From: a virus
DNA length: 64,000 bases
Reading direction: 5' to 3' (one strand)
Virus record (IMG/VR): IMGVR_UViG_3300023184_000081
Span: 16,242 to 80,241 of that record
In this document: piece after piece, positions 10,565 to 20,202 of the stretch
How positions within the stretch are numbered: the stretch's first letter is position 1
How the letters are laid out: each line of letters starts with the position of its first letter
Notes under the pieces: model-generated
Database searches by the model: none
What the model saw: the letters and a program-made list of their open reading frames with translations, nothing else
Told to the model about the DNA's origin: nothing
Translations under genes and position numbers: made by a program

Positions 10565-10569
10565 AGTGT

Positions 10570-11181
10570 ATGTTAAAATTCACAGAATTCATCGCAGAAG
10601 ATATGAGAGCAAGTTCGCTTTCTATTTTCGATATAGATGACACTCTCTTTCGCACAACAACAAAAGTGTTCGTTGTAAAAGGTGATAGACGTGTTAAAAC
10701 ATTAACACCAGCAGAATTTAATGTCTACAAATTAAAATCTGGAGAAGAATTCGACTTCTCCGAGTTTCGTTCGGCTGAAGTATTTAACGCCACTGCGCGT
10801 CCTGTCGATACTGTATTTAAAACAGCAAAGAAGATGCTGAGTAAATTCAGAGACAGTCCTCAGAAAAAAATCATTATCATCACAGCTAGAGCTGATCTAG
10901 ATGATAAAAAACTATTCCTAGCTACATTTAAGAAATATGGATTCGATATCAATCGTGTTCATGTTGAACGTGCAGGCAATAGAAGTATACCGGGTCCGGC
11001 TGCAAAAGCACAGATCACTTCTGAGTATCTACAAAAAGGAAATTACACTGTTGCAAGAATGTTTGATGACGCTGTAAAAAATCTTCAATCATTCCTTGCG
11101 CTCAAAAGAGAATTTCCTAAAGTTAATTTCGAAGCATTCTTGATACATGAGAATGGTTCAATTACTAGATACGGAGGATAG
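10570..11181 (+). CDS. HAD-superfamily phosphatase with capsid-targeting-like leader
   Basis: Motif I FDIDDTL, motif II ITAR, K, motif IV FDDAVKN; N-terminus MLKFTEFIAE. Confidence 0.85.
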   Translation: MLKFTEFIAEDMRASSLSIFDIDDTLFRTTTKVFVVKGDRRVKTLTPAEFNVYKLKSGEEFDFSEFRSAEVFNATARPVDTVFKTAKKMLSKFRDSPQKKIIIITARADLDDKKLFLATFKKYGFDINRVHVERAGNRSIPGPAAKAQITSEYLQKGNYTVARMFDDAVKNLQSFLALKREFPKVNFEAFLIHENGSITRYGG

Positions 11182-11185
11182 GATA

Positions 11186-11950
11186 ATGGCAAAACTCAAC
11201 GAAGGAGATGTGATTGAAGGCATCTTTACAATTGCGTTAAGTCTATATCTTGCTTATGGAAAAGTTGATAAAATTAAATTAAATAAAATCCGTACTGAAA
11301 TAGACACAAAGATGTTTAATACGGGTCGTTTCAAATACACAGTTGTAAAAGAATATGTTCGTCAAAGAGGAAAAAATCCTCCAGATATTTTCAATGTCAA
11401 TTTCGAAATGAGATTAAAATTTGAATCAACCGTTGGTGCATTCGATAAAGAATATAATCTTTTATATAAATCATCTAAAGAAATTGGTAACTTGGATAAA
11501 AAGATAGATCAATTAATTAACTCTTTTAAAACAGCAAATTTTGCAAAAAAAGCAGACGCGGCAGTAGATCATTTTTTAAATAATAATAAAGGTGAAGTTG
11601 TCACATTTACCGTTATCGCGGATGGAATTGCAGGAGAATCAAGCGGCGGGGGTGTGAAGGGTGACGTTACACTAGAAGTTTATGCCACAGGTAAAAATTC
11701 TAATAAAAAAATAATATCTGGATCTTTACCATTTTCACTTAAATCTGAAAGCGTTACTGTTGCAAATTTATCTCCCTATAATGGCATGTTAGATTTTGCA
11801 GAGGCTATGCAAATTAATTGGAATGCTAAAGATGATTATATTAGACTAAAAACACCATTTAATGGTCCAATTGAGCAAGCAGCTAAATTTAAATTAATAG
11901 CCTCAATGTATAATGAATTAAAAACAGAAATAATTAAAAAAATCAAATGA
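11186..11950 (+). CDS. PD-(D/E)XK-like nuclease-fold protein, N-terminal part (frameshifted at an A7 run)
   Basis: NEGDVIEGIF helix and KGDV...FSLKS motif; the ORF stops immediately after AAAAAAA (11936-11942). Confidence 0.6.
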   Translation: MAKLNEGDVIEGIFTIALSLYLAYGKVDKIKLNKIRTEIDTKMFNTGRFKYTVVKEYVRQRGKNPPDIFNVNFEMRLKFESTVGAFDKEYNLLYKSSKEIGNLDKKIDQLINSFKTANFAKKADAAVDHFLNNNKGEVVTFTVIADGIAGESSGGGVKGDVTLEVYATGKNSNKKIISGSLPFSLKSESVTVANLSPYNGMLDFAEAMQINWNAKDDYIRLKTPFNGPIEQAAKFKLIASMYNELKTEIIKKIK

Positions 11951-12242
11951 TTCGAATTTCACAAAAACAGCATTTTCTTTTTTAAAGAAAAGTATTTTTG
12001 GTTCTGATCTTGCAAATGTTATTGACATTCAATCAGGAACAGTAAAAGAAATTACAGTAGAATATGTGAATGTTCTTGAAAAAACGATAGAATTGAGTGT
12101 TGAAGCAAAAGGAAATAATTTAGTATTTTCGGATAAGAAAAATAATATTTCTATTTTTCAAATAAGAACAAAACTAAGACCGCCTCCAGCTAATGAAGCA
12201 AAATTCTATTTAGAAGTTGGAAAGGGTATTTATTCAAAATAG
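11941..12242 (+). pseudogene. Out-of-frame C-terminal continuation (~100 aa) of the 11186 gene
   Basis: Removing one A from 11936-11942 gives ...IIKKSNDSNFTKTAFSFLKKSIFGSDLANVIDIQ...IFQIRTKLRPPPANEAKFYLEVGKGIYSK* ending at 12242. Confidence 0.65.
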
Positions 12243-12309
12243 AAAAACACTAAATAGATCATGATTAACCGCAGTTAGGCTTAGGTAAACCTGCGAAAAA
12301 GGATATAAT

Positions 12310-13449
12310 ATGCTAAGATTTACTAGTTTCCTCGCTGAAGCAGCACAACAGCGGGGAATATTACATATAGAGCACCCATCCGATGGAACATTCGACGGTC
12401 CAGACGCTGCTCGTAACGCTCTCAATACTATCAAGGGCGTTGCTTCTGGCAAAACTCCAATCACCCGTAAGATCGACGATAAGATGTCTTATCAAGCGAT
12501 TCGAGACAAAAATGGTCGCGTTGGAGTTAAATACAAAGGCGCAGGATCACATTACAATTTCTCTCATGGAGATATCGATAAGCAACACGGCCATAAGCCA
12601 TATCTTGCTCATCCGCTTCATGCTCTTCTAAGCCACGTTGGAAAAGTTCTTCCAAAAGGTCATGGTGAATATCAGGGTGGCTTTATGAGCACTCCAGAAA
12701 CGAGAGCAACGTCTGGTGGAAAAATTTCTCATACACCAAACACTCTGAAATACGAAACTGATGCTAAATCTGAAGAAGGTAAAAAACTTAAGAAGTCTAA
12801 AGTAAGCACAGTCATTCACACAAAAATAGATGCAGAAGGTCGTGCTCACCCAATTACCGAGTCGATTGATATTACAGAAGCCAAAGGTTTTGGTAGTCAT
12901 CCAGATGTTCATCAGGTAGATCACATCGTTGGAAAAGATGAGCGCAAGTTATCACCAGAACATCAAAAAGCTGTAGACCATCACGTCAAAGAAGCTGAGA
13001 AGTTAATGAAGGATCACACATATGGTCATCTGGCTGGTCATGAAGGTCATCTAAGAACATACATAAATTCAACTGTTCGTTCGGGAGATACTCCTAGCGT
13101 CTCAGGATACAAAGCTCATTTGGCTGCTCATCACGATAAGCAGATCGCTGCAGTTAAGATGGAAAAAACAAAGGCTGCTAAAACAGGCGAGAAAAATAAT
13201 TCTCTAGCGCATGTAGATAAAAATAAAAGCGCGTTTCAACGTTCCTTTGATATTCATCATCACGTTCAACAAGCTACTAATCATTTAGCTAGAGGATTAG
13301 ACGCAGCATCTAAACATCCATTCGAAACTTCTATTGAAGGAAACAAAAGCGGTGGTGAAGGCTATGTAGCGAATGGACTTAAGGTTGTTGATCGTGCAGG
13401 ATTCTCAGCAGCCAATTTAAAAGCGTCTGATAAGTTTAAAAAAGGTTAA
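12310..13449 (+). CDS. His-rich DUF6267-like protein with ligase-type nucleotidyltransferase motifs
   Basis: Leader MLRFTSFLAE; HIEHP; RKIDD (motif I-like), EYQGG, GEGYVA (motif IV-like), LKVVDR (motif V-like). Confidence 0.65.
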   Translation: MLRFTSFLAEAAQQRGILHIEHPSDGTFDGPDAARNALNTIKGVASGKTPITRKIDDKMSYQAIRDKNGRVGVKYKGAGSHYNFSHGDIDKQHGHKPYLAHPLHALLSHVGKVLPKGHGEYQGGFMSTPETRATSGGKISHTPNTLKYETDAKSEEGKKLKKSKVSTVIHTKIDAEGRAHPITESIDITEAKGFGSHPDVHQVDHIVGKDERKLSPEHQKAVDHHVKEAEKLMKDHTYGHLAGHEGHLRTYINSTVRSGDTPSVSGYKAHLAAHHDKQIAAVKMEKTKAAKTGEKNNSLAHVDKNKSAFQRSFDIHHHVQQATNHLARGLDAASKHPFETSIEGNKSGGEGYVANGLKVVDRAGFSAANLKASDKFKKG

Positions 13450-13451
13450 AA

Positions 13452-14513
13452 ATGAAAACATTTAAATCTTTTTTAAATGAACAAGATCTTTACGAAGAAT
13501 CATTGTTCGAAGAGTTTCTTTCAGAAGCAGCCGATGATGCTTCTAAAGAACATGGTGTTTCAAATAACACTAAAGGTGTTCTTCATGAAATTCTAACTGG
13601 CAAACATCTTAATGGTGAAAAGCATATGGAGAAACATGTCAATGAACATGGCGAAACTCCAACACAAACCCATGATCGTTTGAAGAAAGCAATTCATCCA
13701 AACGACTATAAGCGTATTGATGCCAATGCTAAGTCTGCTGCTGCTCATATTAAGAAGCATATCGAGTCTACTCATCCAGGTCATGCAATTAATGCTGTCA
13801 CTCATACTTCTAAACCTGGAGATACAGAAAAGGTAACTGGTCATAAAGCATCTCAGAAAGAAGATTCTTCTGATATTTATGTTTCCACTAAGCATCCTAA
13901 GACTGGAAAAGTAACTCACCATGGTATAAGTTTAAAAGTTAGCGATAACTCTAACAAAAATATTCCTACATCAAGTCTTGGTATTGAATCTGGTGGTTTA
14001 AAAGCCAAAAAACATTTCGCTGCTCACAAATCTGCGATTCTTAAAGCACATCCTACATTGATTGGTAAAAATAAAGCAGATCGTAAAGAAGCTGCAAAAG
14101 CACACCCTAAGCTGCATGCTGATGTTAAAGAACGCAATAAAACACTATTGAATAAAGTTGCTCATAGCCACGCTGCTGAATTACAGCATCACTTAGATAC
14201 TGGCAATCATGAGAACGTAGTTAAGCATATCCGTGAAGTCATACATGCTCATAAAACTCCTGCTCAAGAAAAGGGAAATAGTTTTATTAAGCATACAACT
14301 TATCAAACTGCCAAAGGCGTTCAGCACCACATTAGCAGCCCAAGTGAAGACCATGAGCATATCCTAAAAGATCATAAAAATCTTTCAGTTAAGTCGAGTG
14401 GTGGTTCTGTTCACTTCTATCACAAAGGTAAGAAATTTGCGTCGCAATCGCATAAATTTGATTCGCAAAGCGATCCACTAAGTTCACTGAAGAGCGCAGG
14501 TAGAGTAACATGA
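13452..14513 (+). CDS. His-rich PD-(D/E)XK-like protein with capsid-targeting-like leader
   Basis: MKTFKSFLNE; KGVLHEIL...SSDIYV...HGISLK; about 39 His in 353 aa (hand count). Confidence 0.6.
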   Translation: MKTFKSFLNEQDLYEESLFEEFLSEAADDASKEHGVSNNTKGVLHEILTGKHLNGEKHMEKHVNEHGETPTQTHDRLKKAIHPNDYKRIDANAKSAAAHIKKHIESTHPGHAINAVTHTSKPGDTEKVTGHKASQKEDSSDIYVSTKHPKTGKVTHHGISLKVSDNSNKNIPTSSLGIESGGLKAKKHFAAHKSAILKAHPTLIGKNKADRKEAAKAHPKLHADVKERNKTLLNKVAHSHAAELQHHLDTGNHENVVKHIREVIHAHKTPAQEKGNSFIKHTTYQTAKGVQHHISSPSEDHEHILKDHKNLSVKSSGGSVHFYHKGKKFASQSHKFDSQSDPLSSLKSAGRVT

Positions 14514-17500
14514 AAACACTTTTTCAATTATCAGAAGCGACTAAAGCAGATCAACATCATGTGACTGCATTCACACGTATGAATCCTCCAACAACAGGTC
14601 ATATGCAGTTGATTGATAAAGTTCATGCAGTCGCAAAAGATCATGGCGCTGATCATTCAGTTGTTGTGTCACATTCTCAAGATCCTAAAAAAAATCCATT
14701 ATCTTCTGATCAGAAAAAGAAACATCTTAAAAGATTTTCTTCAGAAACTAATGTCATTGCTTCGTCAAAAGAACATCCAACAATTCTTCATCATCTTTCA
14801 TCATTACACAAAGCTGGAGTTACACACGCTCATATCGTTGCTGGATCTGATCGTCACGATGAGATGAGTAAATTGACGAATGCTTATAATGGTAAAAAAG
14901 CAGGTCACGGATATTACAAATTTAAAAAGATAACAATTCATTCTGCTGGGGAAAGAGATCCAGACGCCGAAGGCACATCCGGCGTTAGCGCAACCAAGCA
15001 ACGTGAACATGCAGCTTCTGGAAATTTCAAAGAATTCCGTAAAGGTGTTCCTGCGCATGTGTCTGATGAGCATACCAAAGACTTAATGAATGATGTTAAA
15101 AATGGACAAAAGACTAAGAAAAATGAGGAGTCGGAAATGGAATCATTAGACAATCTATTCGAAGAATTCATGATTGAGGATAGCCAATCATTTTCCGATG
15201 AAGAAATGTGGAATGTTGTAAATGGAATGCATTCTCATGAATTAGATCCGAACGAAAATGATGTAGAATTCGTTGATATTCTAATGGGTGAATCGTATGA
15301 AGAAGACATCGACGAGAGTCGTGTTCTTTCTATTGCGCAACGTCAACGTGCCAAAATGAAATTTAAATCGCGTCAGCCACGTCTAAAAAGAATGCGCGAA
15401 ATCAAAAGAAAAAGAATGGCCACGCCGCAAAGATTGCAGTATCGCGCTAGAACATCTGCGCTTATGATGTTGCGTAAACGAATTGCCGGTGCTAAGGGTC
15501 TCGCTTATCACACACTATCTCCATCACAAAGATATACAATTGACAAAGCTGTTCAACAAAGATTTGGAAAGAATCTAGATAAACTCGTCGGAACGATATC
15601 TAAAAGAACGCTTCCCATGATTCGTAAAAAAGAAATGGCTCGTCTTGCTAAAGCGCGCGGTCAAAAAACTTCTTCGATAATTGGTCCACAAACGATGACT
15701 CAGTCCTATGATGTGAGTGAAGCGCCGGATTATATTTCAACCAACAACGATCATCTCCTGACACCAAAAGTTAATATGCTTCTGCGTCTTGGTTTGGTTG
15801 ATCAAGATGAAATTGAAAGATATCGTCGCGCTCTTAAGATTGGTGAAAAAGCATTATCATCTCCAGAATTACGAAGCAAGATTCTTTCTATGCTTGATAA
15901 AACATTGAAGCTGGCTACAGACGATCCGCAAACATTCGCTAGAATTCGCGCTATGGTTGTGCTCAGAAAAAATTCGCAGAATGAACAAAATTCTCTTGAA
16001 GTGAATCCGCTCGAAATAGATCCTCTTCAAATTGATAAAACAGATCCGACTCCAGATAAAGGTCATTCGCAGCATTTGACTTTGCGCAAGAAGATGATTC
16101 GGCAACATGAAGCGGTGAATCCTGCAGTAGTTGCACAGAAAGCACAAAAGGCACAGAAAGCAAGTGCACTTCGTCAGCAGAAAATTCAACGATCTTTAAA
16201 ACAGAAAGCGTTTACAGAAAAACAACGCCGAGAAAAAGAGCAATTTAATGCAAGCACTGGCAAACCACAGAAAAAATTCTCATCAATGAAAACTAAAACA
16301 TCTGGAGTTTCTTCTCTAGGTGGAATCGCAGCTGCAGCTGCATTTGGAGGAGACAAAGAAATGACAGCAGCTGTTGGTAATGCCGTGCATAAGGGTTATG
16401 GTTGGTTAAAGAAAAAATTAACTTCAGAGTATGATCCATTAGCAGAAGATAAGATTGTAGAGAGTCTATACAAAAAATCAATGAAGTATAATATTTCTAT
16501 AGATACTGTCGTTGAAGTTTATGAAGCTGCTCTTAAACATTCTGGTAACGAAAACATTGCTTTCGATGCAGTTAATTCGTTCTTAGCGAATCAACAGGAA
16601 GCTGTCAACGAGAAGGATTCAGTAGTAATGGATATCCCTCTGTTGATTCGTGTTCTGGAATTAGCTCGCGAAGATTTAAAGAGTGATATGGATTTGCATA
16701 AAGTTGTAGAAAAATTAATCAATATTCGCAACAAAGGTATATTGACTATGGACGACTATGATTATATTGCACACATCAAAGAGCAAGTCGAACAGATTGA
16801 CGAAAAACATTTAGTTAATGTAACTATATCTGATCCAAATCACACTATGGTTTCTAAGCGTAAAGAAACAATGCAAAGACGTGCTTCAGTAACAGCAAAA
16901 GATCGTGAACATGCTATAGATACTGCAATTAATCATTATAAGAAACAAGGTTATAAAGTTCATGACCATCAATATGTTGAAAAAGATTTTGAAAATACTT
17001 CGCCTGCACCTAAAGTGAGTAAAACATCTCTGCTCCAAGATGTAAAAGAAGATGTGGATGCAGATTCCATATTCGAAATCGAAATGTATGTTCCAGAAAT
17101 ACACGAGGCAAGAGGCGATCATCTTCTAACGATTCAAGGTGGTCGTGGCAAGGGAAGAAAGTTCATGCATAAAGACACATCTGTAGATGACCACCTTTCT
17201 GCTATGGAGTTTCACCTTAAAGGATATCATGCCGCTAAGAAAGATAAATTAGACGCGACAAAAAATCATCACGCTAAGATGTATCATAAGCATAAAGATC
17301 AGATCGAAGCTCTGGGTGAAAAGGGTAATCATCTTAAAGAATCCAATGCGCATAAAATCTTGGCTCAAAAAATTCAACAAATGGCTAATCGTAAAAAGAT
17401 GACAGATGATGCTTTAGCAAGACATAACGCTGAGCAGGAAAAAGCTGAGAAAGAAAAGAAGCAAGGTGTGGCGGAAGCATCAGATAGGATGCAAAGATAT

Positions 17501-18085
17501 GGTCAACAAATACTTAAACGTGCTAGAGCTGCACGAGATGCTGAAGCAAATAAAGAAAAACCACAAACATCAACTGATACTAGTTCCACTAGCACACGTG
17601 ATCTTCTCCAGCAACTAAGAAGACCCAATACTAAGAAAAAACGCGTGTCTGAAGAGGGCGGAGCTGGTGTGGCGGAAAAAATCGTAGAGGTAAAGAGATT
17701 TCGCACAACTTATGGCTTTGCGGGCGGTGCTAAAGAACCACGATCAGCTCATGCCAAAGAAGTGGCGCGTAAAAACGCAGAATATTTAAAAACTTTGGGT
17801 CACTTTGAACCAAATGATGATATGGTTGGTACTGCTAAGAAGATTAAAAAACCTGTTAAGGAAGAGGGTGGAGCTGGTGAGTTTGGTACTCCAGAACTCA
17901 CAAAAAACTACGCAAAAGACACACCAGGACAATGCCAAGAAATACTAAATATGAATACTTCCGATATGGGTGATGTAATTAAAGACTTTAAGAAATCCGA
18001 TGCGCCTCAGTTTAAAGGTAAGAGTATCGAAAAGAGACGTCAAATGGCTATTGCTGCAAAATTAAGTTCACAAGATAAGGAATAA
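14510..18085 (+). CDS. Cytidyltransferase-like (HxGH nucleotidyltransferase) N-terminal domain plus long modular C-terminus
   Basis: FTRMNPPTTGH, KNPLS, VAGSDR, SAGERDPDAEG, SATKQR; the C-terminus is punctuated by EQIDE/VAE/EEGGAG motifs. Confidence 0.85.
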   Translation: MKTLFQLSEATKADQHHVTAFTRMNPPTTGHMQLIDKVHAVAKDHGADHSVVVSHSQDPKKNPLSSDQKKKHLKRFSSETNVIASSKEHPTILHHLSSLHKAGVTHAHIVAGSDRHDEMSKLTNAYNGKKAGHGYYKFKKITIHSAGERDPDAEGTSGVSATKQREHAASGNFKEFRKGVPAHVSDEHTKDLMNDVKNGQKTKKNEESEMESLDNLFEEFMIEDSQSFSDEEMWNVVNGMHSHELDPNENDVEFVDILMGESYEEDIDESRVLSIAQRQRAKMKFKSRQPRLKRMREIKRKRMATPQRLQYRARTSALMMLRKRIAGAKGLAYHTLSPSQRYTIDKAVQQRFGKNLDKLVGTISKRTLPMIRKKEMARLAKARGQKTSSIIGPQTMTQSYDVSEAPDYISTNNDHLLTPKVNMLLRLGLVDQDEIERYRRALKIGEKALSSPELRSKILSMLDKTLKLATDDPQTFARIRAMVVLRKNSQNEQNSLEVNPLEIDPLQIDKTDPTPDKGHSQHLTLRKKMIRQHEAVNPAVVAQKAQKAQKASALRQQKIQRSLKQKAFTEKQRREKEQFNASTGKPQKKFSSMKTKTSGVSSLGGIAAAAAFGGDKEMTAAVGNAVHKGYGWLKKKLTSEYDPLAEDKIVESLYKKSMKYNISIDTVVEVYEAALKHSGNENIAFDAVNSFLANQQEAVNEKDSVVMDIPLLIRVLELAREDLKSDMDLHKVVEKLINIRNKGILTMDDYDYIAHIKEQVEQIDEKHLVNVTISDPNHTMVSKRKETMQRRASVTAKDREHAIDTAINHYKKQGYKVHDHQYVEKDFENTSPAPKVSKTSLLQDVKEDVDADSIFEIEMYVPEIHEARGDHLLTIQGGRGKGRKFMHKDTSVDDHLSAMEFHLKGYHAAKKDKLDATKNHHAKMYHKHKDQIEALGEKGNHLKESNAHKILAQKIQQMANRKKMTDDALARHNAEQEKAEKEKKQGVAEASDRMQRYGQQILKRARAARDAEANKEKPQTSTDTSSTSTRDLLQQLRRPNTKKKRVSEEGGAGVAEKIVEVKRFRTTYGFAGGAKEPRSAHAKEVARKNAEYLKTLGHFEPNDDMVGTAKKIKKPVKEEGGAGEFGTPELTKNYAKDTPGQCQEILNMNTSDMGDVIKDFKKSDAPQFKGKSIEKRRQMAIAAKLSSQDKE

Positions 18086-18089
18086 TAAA

Positions 18090-18353
18090 ATGCAAACTTA
18101 CAAGAATCTCTCTTCGGTTATAAGACAGGTAGTAACAGAAGCGCATACAAAAGATCATCCTCCATTTGAACCGGATGAAAAATCATCTTTTAAGAAGCCA
18201 GATAACAAAAATAGAACTGGAATGGATGCTGCTAGAGCACTGGCTCGTAAGGCAATGCAGCAGAAGATGAAAGAGTCGTTCGACTTGGATATCACAGATG
18301 AAGAAGCTGATGATCTTCTAGAACATATCCAAGAAATTTCAAAAGGAGAATAA
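18090..18353 (+). CDS. Hypothetical (likely head-internal) protein
   Basis: PPFEPD...ARALARKAMQ; contiguous with the late operon. Confidence 0.7.
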   Translation: MQTYKNLSSVIRQVVTEAHTKDHPPFEPDEKSSFKKPDNKNRTGMDAARALARKAMQQKMKESFDLDITDEEADDLLEHIQEISKGE

Positions 18354-18354
18354 C

Positions 18355-19374
18355 ATGAAACCAACAACAAATTACGGATTATCCGATTCACTTATCGATG
18401 CAGTAAGAAAATCGGTCGAAGAAGCTCTTGTTGGTGGCCAGAAGAAATTGGACGTCGATAAAGATGGTAAGCTAGAAAAGTCGGACTTTGCTTCTCTGCG
18501 CGCTAAGAAAGATGCTGTCAATACAAAGCCTAAGTTGAAGGAAGAAGACGAACAGATAGATGAAGCTCCCTTGCGCACAGTTAATGCTTTAGTCGGATAT
18601 CCAAAGCTGAATAAAAAGGTCGCTGCAAAAGGAACACCAGGTTCTGAAGATGAAAGAAACAAAGCAGCTGCTGGATTAAGGAGAGATCGCAGTGGTCTTG
18701 GTCGTCGTGCATACACTGGAGACCAGCACTATGATGTTCGTAGGGAAGAAGAACAGATGGACGAAGCAATATATGATAATAAAGATCACGCTCAATCTAT
18801 CACTGATAAACTTAAAAAGAAAAATAATGACGGTAACTACTTTATAAAAGCTGATCATGGCAAACATCGTATTGTCCACGCTTATTATTCTAACTCAAAA
18901 GTTAAGAAAGATATTGCTAGATTAAACGAAGCTGAATTGGACGAAGTCGAACAGATGGATGAAAGTCTCGATTCTATTGCTAAAAAACATGGCATGAAAT
19001 ACACGACTACAGCCTATGGTGCAGGAATGAAACATCCAACTAAAGGCGAAATTTCTATTAATCGTTATGGCGAATGGCATCATAAAGGAACTAATAAAAC
19101 AGGTGATAGTGAAAACGATTTTTCTAGTTTAGATAAACACCTTTCGACAGTTAAAGAAGAAGAACAGATGGACGAGGTTAAACTTGCAGATCTTCCCCGT
19201 CGTAAAGTTGTGGGTAAATCCTATGGTGCAGACTATGTCGATCCAGAAGGCGCTGATGAAACTGCAGCAGATATGAAAAAAGCAGAACCAAAGCGTAAAA
19301 GTGGTCCACAAGGAACCATGAAGAGACGATTTAATACTAAATCTTACGCTAAACTTAAATCACAATACAAATAA
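18355..19374 (+). CDS. Modular protein with repeated EEEQ[MI]DE linkers (likely protease-processed head protein)
   Basis: Four linkers EEDEQIDE/EEEQMDE/EVEQMDE/EEEQMDE; EF-hand-like LDVDKDGKLEKSDF. Confidence 0.75.
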   Translation: MKPTTNYGLSDSLIDAVRKSVEEALVGGQKKLDVDKDGKLEKSDFASLRAKKDAVNTKPKLKEEDEQIDEAPLRTVNALVGYPKLNKKVAAKGTPGSEDERNKAAAGLRRDRSGLGRRAYTGDQHYDVRREEEQMDEAIYDNKDHAQSITDKLKKKNNDGNYFIKADHGKHRIVHAYYSNSKVKKDIARLNEAELDEVEQMDESLDSIAKKHGMKYTTTAYGAGMKHPTKGEISINRYGEWHHKGTNKTGDSENDFSSLDKHLSTVKEEEQMDEVKLADLPRRKVVGKSYGADYVDPEGADETAADMKKAEPKRKSGPQGTMKRRFNTKSYAKLKSQYK

Positions 19375-19378
19375 AGTT

Positions 19379-19386
19379 TATAAATA
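19379..19386 (+). promoter_or_regulatory. T4-type late promoter TATAAATA
   Basis: Exact match upstream of 19451. Confidence 0.75.
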
Positions 19387-19450
19387 GACAATACTATATT
19401 ATGCAGAGTAGTCAATTTCGACGAAAATGTGAATTCTAGGAGAAAAAGAA

Positions 19451-20200
19451 ATGGCACAATTTGGATTTAGTAGAGAAAACAGTCAGGTAAAAAGTGGCGC
19501 AAACACTGAGGCTTCACTGAAAGCTGGTCAGCAACCATTTGCCGGCATGACTGACGGAAATGAACCATGGAAGCGGAATGTTGTTGCTACAACTGCAGGA
19601 TGGGTTCGTAGAACAAACAAAACACCAACTACCGGAGCAGTTCGTCAGCATGATGAAATTCTTATTGCCGGAAGTCCAGGCCGCGAATATGGCGGTGGTT
19701 CAGTTGCATTTACATATGTAGCTAATACGAATCTGGGTCCTGCAGATATCTCAGAAATATTTGTTAAGCTAAATGCGAATAATGTTATTTCCGCAAACGT
19801 AGCTGCTAACCTTTATGTTGTTTTCAATCAACCCGTTCATTTCAAGGCTTCAGGCAATTCATTCCATCTTCAATTGAGCAATACTGCTGGTGGAAATCAC
19901 GGCCGAGCAGTTTTCGCAACTGGTCGTCGTGCAAACGGAGCAAATAACATTCTTGTATTCGTTATGCCTAAACTTCAAGGTCGCACTGGTTCATTGAAAG
20001 CGACTTATCATATCAATGCAGCTGCTAAATTCTTCGGTCCAACGACTGGTGTTGCAGTAGTAGGAATGCCGCTTTACAATCCTGAAATCGGAATTACAGC
20101 TGCAGCAAATACTACAATCACTGGTGCAGTTGCGAATGGATTGAATAATGGTTTTGGAACTCGTATTACTAACTTTACAGTGTCACCAAGAGGCGTTTAA
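19451..20200 (+). CDS. Putative virion structural protein
   Basis: Late promoter, RBS AGGAG, G/A/N/T-rich beta-type composition, ATTAGWVRR. Confidence 0.65.
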   Translation: MAQFGFSRENSQVKSGANTEASLKAGQQPFAGMTDGNEPWKRNVVATTAGWVRRTNKTPTTGAVRQHDEILIAGSPGREYGGGSVAFTYVANTNLGPADISEIFVKLNANNVISANVAANLYVVFNQPVHFKASGNSFHLQLSNTAGGNHGRAVFATGRRANGANNILVFVMPKLQGRTGSLKATYHINAAAKFFGPTTGVAVVGMPLYNPEIGITAAANTTITGAVANGLNNGFGTRITNFTVSPRGV

Positions 20201-20202
20201 TT

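Noticed and set aside
12268-12296. c-di-GMP-I riboswitch (GGTAAACC)
   Set aside because: The element is far too short and lacks the P2/P3 tetraloop-receptor architecture; kept only as an unnamed hairpin.
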